Source: Armatimonadota bacterium
GTDB taxonomy: Bacteria; Armatimonadota; Fimbriimonadia; Fimbriimonadales; Fimbriimonadaceae
Assembly: GCA_031400935.1 (NCBI GenBank)
Contig: JANNQV010000045.1
Location: 1 to 64,000 of the forward strand
Length of the DNA stretch: 64,000 bases
Reading direction: 5' to 3'
The notes under the pieces were generated by a model. That model searched no databases and was not told where the DNA came from. It saw only the letters and a program-made list of their open reading frames with translations. Both the position numbers and the translations under genes were made by a program. Below, piece after piece: positions 60,954 through 64,000 of the stretch; position 1 is the first letter of the stretch; each line of letters begins with the position of its first letter.

Positions 60954-61814
60954 TCATTTGGGTCGCGAGTCCAATTCTTTTGACTCGAGCCAAAAGTAAG
61001 CATTTAGCGAGATCATTGTAAAACCAAATACTGTCAGCCCTTGCGTAACTATTGTTCCAAAGTGCATCAGAATCATGCCGCTAACAATGTATGGGCGCAA
61101 GCGCCGAACGAAGGCTAGTGGATACGTCAGTTCAATCAGAAAAACGGAGATTCCAACGAATTGCAATAGTAGTGGATATTGTCCTGTCCATTCGAAATTG
61201 AACCATCGCTGCCCTGTTGAATCTGAGCGAGAAAGTGCTCGCCACACTGATTCACCATTCCACCATTGCGGGCCGATAGCCTTACATGCGCCCGCAAAGA
61301 CGTAAGCCATTGCGATGTGGATTCGAAAGAACCACCCTACCATTCTCTCGGCCTTCAAAGCATCCCCTTCCGATTTGCGAAAGGCATACGCCGCTAAATT
61401 CGCGATCATGACGTAAAACAAGCCAAGTTGAATGAATTCATAGACACCGTATGCAAAAAGTGCCACGGTGTGCTTAAAGCAAACAAACGTAAGATAAAGG
61501 CCAATTGAAGCCAAGACAGATCTGGGTTTCCAAAACAGGACGGCACCTATCACCGCGACAAAGTTGATCAATATCAGGATGGCTGAATCAGCCTTTAGAG
61601 AATCAAACGAGATCCAATTGTAAATGGAAAGTGGCAAAACCTCGGTCAAACTTGCTGCCAAGTTTGGATCCAATAGTCCTCGAGTACCTACCATCGTGAA
61701 CAAATCGCGTGACCACAAAAGCATGATTAGGACGCAAATGGCGGAAAGGCAGCGACTGATAAAAGTGAATGGCACGGCTACCTTTTGAAATGGAACTTGG
61801 TAAAAGTTACCCAC
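60954..61814 (-). CDS. HTTM-domain membrane protein (SdpB / vitamin-K-dependent carboxylase superfamily)
   Basis: Multi-TM; AYVFAGACK..G..WWNG, IEL..P, M..HFG..V..GL..F. Confidence 0.75.
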   Translation of the reverse strand: MGNFYQVPFQKVAVPFTFISRCLSAICVLIMLLWSRDLFTMVGTRGLLDPNLAASLTEVLPLSIYNWISFDSLKADSAILILINFVAVIGAVLFWKPRSVLASIGLYLTFVCFKHTVALFAYGVYEFIQLGLFYVMIANLAAYAFRKSEGDALKAERMVGWFFRIHIAMAYVFAGACKAIGPQWWNGESVWRALSRSDSTGQRWFNFEWTGQYPLLLQFVGISVFLIELTYPLAFVRRLRPYIVSGMILMHFGTIVTQGLTVFGFTMISLNAYFWLESKELDSRPK

Positions 61815-62308
61815 TCCGCTTTTCGCATAGTCGCTTCGGACAACGGCGACATGATCTCGACTTCTATTGTTACTTCAGCCGAATCAGCGTTCGTGTCGCG
61901 AGTAAATCCGTAGGAAGCGAACGATGCAGCAATAGTTTTTGCCACATTACTGTTTTGAGACGAACTGCTAAGCGATGAAACGAGCAGGGAGCTTTCAGGT
62001 CCGAGATCAATCTTAACATCTCTTACAATTCCAGTTGCCGATTCGCCAAGTCGCATTTTGAGTCGAAATTCGCTACAAACTTGGGGCGCATAAAAGCCGT
62101 AACTAGTCCCAGAAGGCAAAAACTGCGAAAGTGATGCCAAATTGCCTTTAGGGGGAGCAAGAATTTGAGTATCTTTGCGGACAAAGGCAAGAGCATCTGA
62201 AAAGCCGACCGAAGCTGAATATGTAGCTAGCACCAAAGTTGCAGACAATAACAATGCTAGCACGAAACGCACTTGCGCCTCCTTGCTTTTTATGAAGTCA
62301 ACAGACAA
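61778..62308 (-). CDS. SdpA/DUF5819-like HTTM partner protein
   Basis: N-terminal TM then YGFYAP; translationally coupled to both neighbours. Confidence 0.55.
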   Translation of the reverse strand: MSVDFIKSKEAQVRFVLALLLSATLVLATYSASVGFSDALAFVRKDTQILAPPKGNLASLSQFLPSGTSYGFYAPQVCSEFRLKMRLGESATGIVRDVKIDLGPESSLLVSSLSSSSQNSNVAKTIAASFASYGFTRDTNADSAEVTIEVEIMSPLSEATMRKAEWVTFTKFHFKR

Positions 62309-62857
62309 TCATTGCCCCGCGCCAATCTCCCTTGCGCCAGTTTCGTACCATTGTCTCAGCTGAGTTCCACGAGCTTTTGCCTTCGCCCTTAGCTCATATG
62401 ATTTCACAGAAATGTCCTTGGGTGCAACGATGCCGTTGATACCATTTTGAGAAATGGTGACTTCAGCCGCTCTTCCAAGTTCGTTTGTAAATAGCTCCTC
62501 TAAGAAAAGTGCCTCCGCAGGCGTCAAGGGTCGAATCGGAAATTGACTACTTCGCGAAGCCGGAATTTTGTAGATGTACTTTTGGAAATAGTCGGTAAGG
62601 ACTGTTTCACTGATAACAGTTCCGCCCTTTTTTGTCGCTACGCGGCTATCGTTTGCCGCTTCATTTAAGACGGCCATGGCTACGGGCCGAAATCGCCTGT
62701 CGCCCGATTGCAGCGTGTCGTTGCCAAGGAGCGAAGTAACTCCAACAGAGTTTGACTGTAGCCTGCCCGATTCGCCTAGTTGGGAAAGCACGATCGTAGA
62801 GATGGCGGCTCCAAAGACAACCGCAATTCCGATTCGCATAAAGGATGTGTTTTTCAT
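62309..62857 (-). CDS. Exported hypothetical protein, candidate precursor
   Basis: Signal-like N-terminus MKNTSFMRIGIAVVFGAAISTIVLS; its stop TGA directly abuts the next TTG start. Confidence 0.7.
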   Translation of the reverse strand: MKNTSFMRIGIAVVFGAAISTIVLSQLGESGRLQSNSVGVTSLLGNDTLQSGDRRFRPVAMAVLNEAANDSRVATKKGGTVISETVLTDYFQKYIYKIPASRSSQFPIRPLTPAEALFLEELFTNELGRAAEVTISQNGINGIVAPKDISVKSYELRAKAKARGTQLRQWYETGAREIGAGQ

Positions 62858-63008
62858 GGTTACAGTTTTAGACGGTCAGATTGTTGGTTCGCATCTTCGT
62901 GTGGCTGCACTTTCGTTAAACACACTGGAAAGCGAATTGAAAAGTGAACCAACAATCGTATAAAGGCTTTGAATTTCGCAAGCTCAGGAGTCCCGTTTGT
63001 TCAATTAC

Positions 63009-63271
63009 TTATTGACCAAGCAACTTCGACTGCGAGTATTCAAGATGAATTAGTATTAACGATGCAGGAAAGGCGACAAGTTTTTGCGTGGGTCGATCTG
63101 ACTTACGTTCAAAATTGCCGACACAATTTGGACATTTGCTTAGCGGCTCTCTTTTTCAGAACAATAGTTACAAAACGTACACTCAAAGCTTCAGATCGTT
63201 TGATTCGCAAAATCTGCCGGAAGATCGCAGTCGCACATTTCGCAATTGGGTCTCAATTTCAACTTATTCAT
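63009..63271 (-). pseudogene. DUF1272 family pseudogene
   Basis: LRPNCEMCDCDLP...I*SFECTFC..C, then a frameshift to KCPNCVGNF...FPAS. Confidence 0.75.
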
Positions 63272-63342
63272 TCCATCTCGAAGCAACATGAAGTCAACTG
63301 TTGAAGGGAAACCGAGTTCAAGGGTCGAATAACTAGAATCAA

Positions 63343-64000
63343 ATGGATTTGGATTCTCCAATAACTCGGGTCTCAGTTCAAGGTTGGCCTGGGGCAGCCG
63401 CACCTGACCTCCTCGCCATTGGACTTTGCCGCGATGAAAACGACCTGGTTGATGCTGAAGTTCGGGGAAGGGATTTGGCTCGTAGCCTAGGCGGAATACA
63501 TGCAATAACTGACCTTTCCAGGGAAAGGCTTCAGCAGTTTTCAGGACTCGATGACTTGGAGATCTTTCGATGCTTGGCTTGGCTCGAACTTGGACGAAGA
63601 ACGAATCAATCCGGCAAAGGCGACCGAGCTTCAGTGATGGTTGCAGCGGATGTTGCACATTTGCTAAGACATCTTCAGAACGAGAAGCAAGAGCACTTTA
63701 TAATCGTGCTGCTTGACGCAAAAAACACTCTCATTAAGTGGTCAACGATTCACATTGGAACCCTGACAACCTCGCTTGTGGGTCCACGAGAGGTGTTTCG
63801 TGAGGCTATTCGGGAAGGCGCTTGCAGCATGATTCTTGCCCACAATCACCCTTCTGGCGACCCCGACCCAAGTCCGGAAGACATTTCGATTACGAAGAAG
63901 CTTGACGAACTTGGAAAGTTGCTCGACATTCGAGTTTGGGACCACGTAATCATCGGCTTCAATCGGTTTGCGAGTCTGCGCGAACTCGGCTTTTTAGACA
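63343..64000 (+). CDS. radC: RadC/JAB-domain protein (runs off the window)
   Basis: Hand translation from ATG 63343: ELGRR, QEHF, PREVFR.A, AHNHPSGDP.PS.ED, DHVIIG. Confidence 0.9.
   Translation, partial: MDLDSPITRVSVQGWPGAAAPDLLAIGLCRDENDLVDAEVRGRDLARSLGGIHAITDLSRERLQQFSGLDDLEIFRCLAWLELGRRTNQSGKGDRASVMVAADVAHLLRHLQNEKQEHFIIVLLDAKNTLIKWSTIHIGTLTTSLVGPREVFREAIREGACSMILAHNHPSGDPDPSPEDISITKKLDELGKLLDIRVWDHVIIGFNRFASLRELGFLD

Noticed and set aside
63191..63193. TGA at a Cys position as possible selenocysteine
   Set aside because: The same gene has a downstream frameshift and other decay, and no SECIS-like hairpin is evident; a pseudogene is the simpler explanation.

Overview
Bacterial chromosomal window of about 48% GC. 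It is most likely from an Armatimonadota (Fimbriimonadaceae-like) genome; this is inferred from the PEP-CTERM proteins ending VPEPATMxALxLGAxAFIRRRRK, the protein styles and the repeat families. Core genes: miaB, mnmA, a sigma-70 factor, sucD, rpoB, rpoC, a fragmented S10-spc ribosomal protein cluster (rpsJ | rplC..rplE), mrdA, several GT2 glycosyltransferases, tRNA-Glu(TTC), a complete LysW carrier operon (lysWXYZJK) and radC. RNA elements: a c-di-AMP (ydaO) riboswitch with no normal-sized gene directly behind it, a c-di-GMP-I riboswitch ahead of an S8 protease, and an unrecognised multi-stem leader ahead of a LysM-SH3-NlpC/P60 hydrolase. The best candidates for undescribed systems are two compact loci. 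(1) 60954-62857: a Cys-free exported precursor, an SdpA-like partner, and an HTTM (vitamin-K-dependent carboxylase-like) membrane enzyme that keeps the YxxAGxxK motif. (2) 35312-38481: a six-Cys secreted peptide whose natural start carries an in-frame TGA, a 631-aa unknown exported protein, and a second VKOR-DsbA fusion. Other notable items: a 4-Cys zinc-ribbon insert in RpoB, a ~100-aa trigger-loop insert in RpoC, intergenic tandem repeats captured in-frame inside miaB, a HisB lacking half its metal ligands, a near-identical PEP-CTERM+terminator cassette on unrelated passenger domains, and a DUF1272 pseudogene. All family assignments are by motif recognition only; no searches were run.
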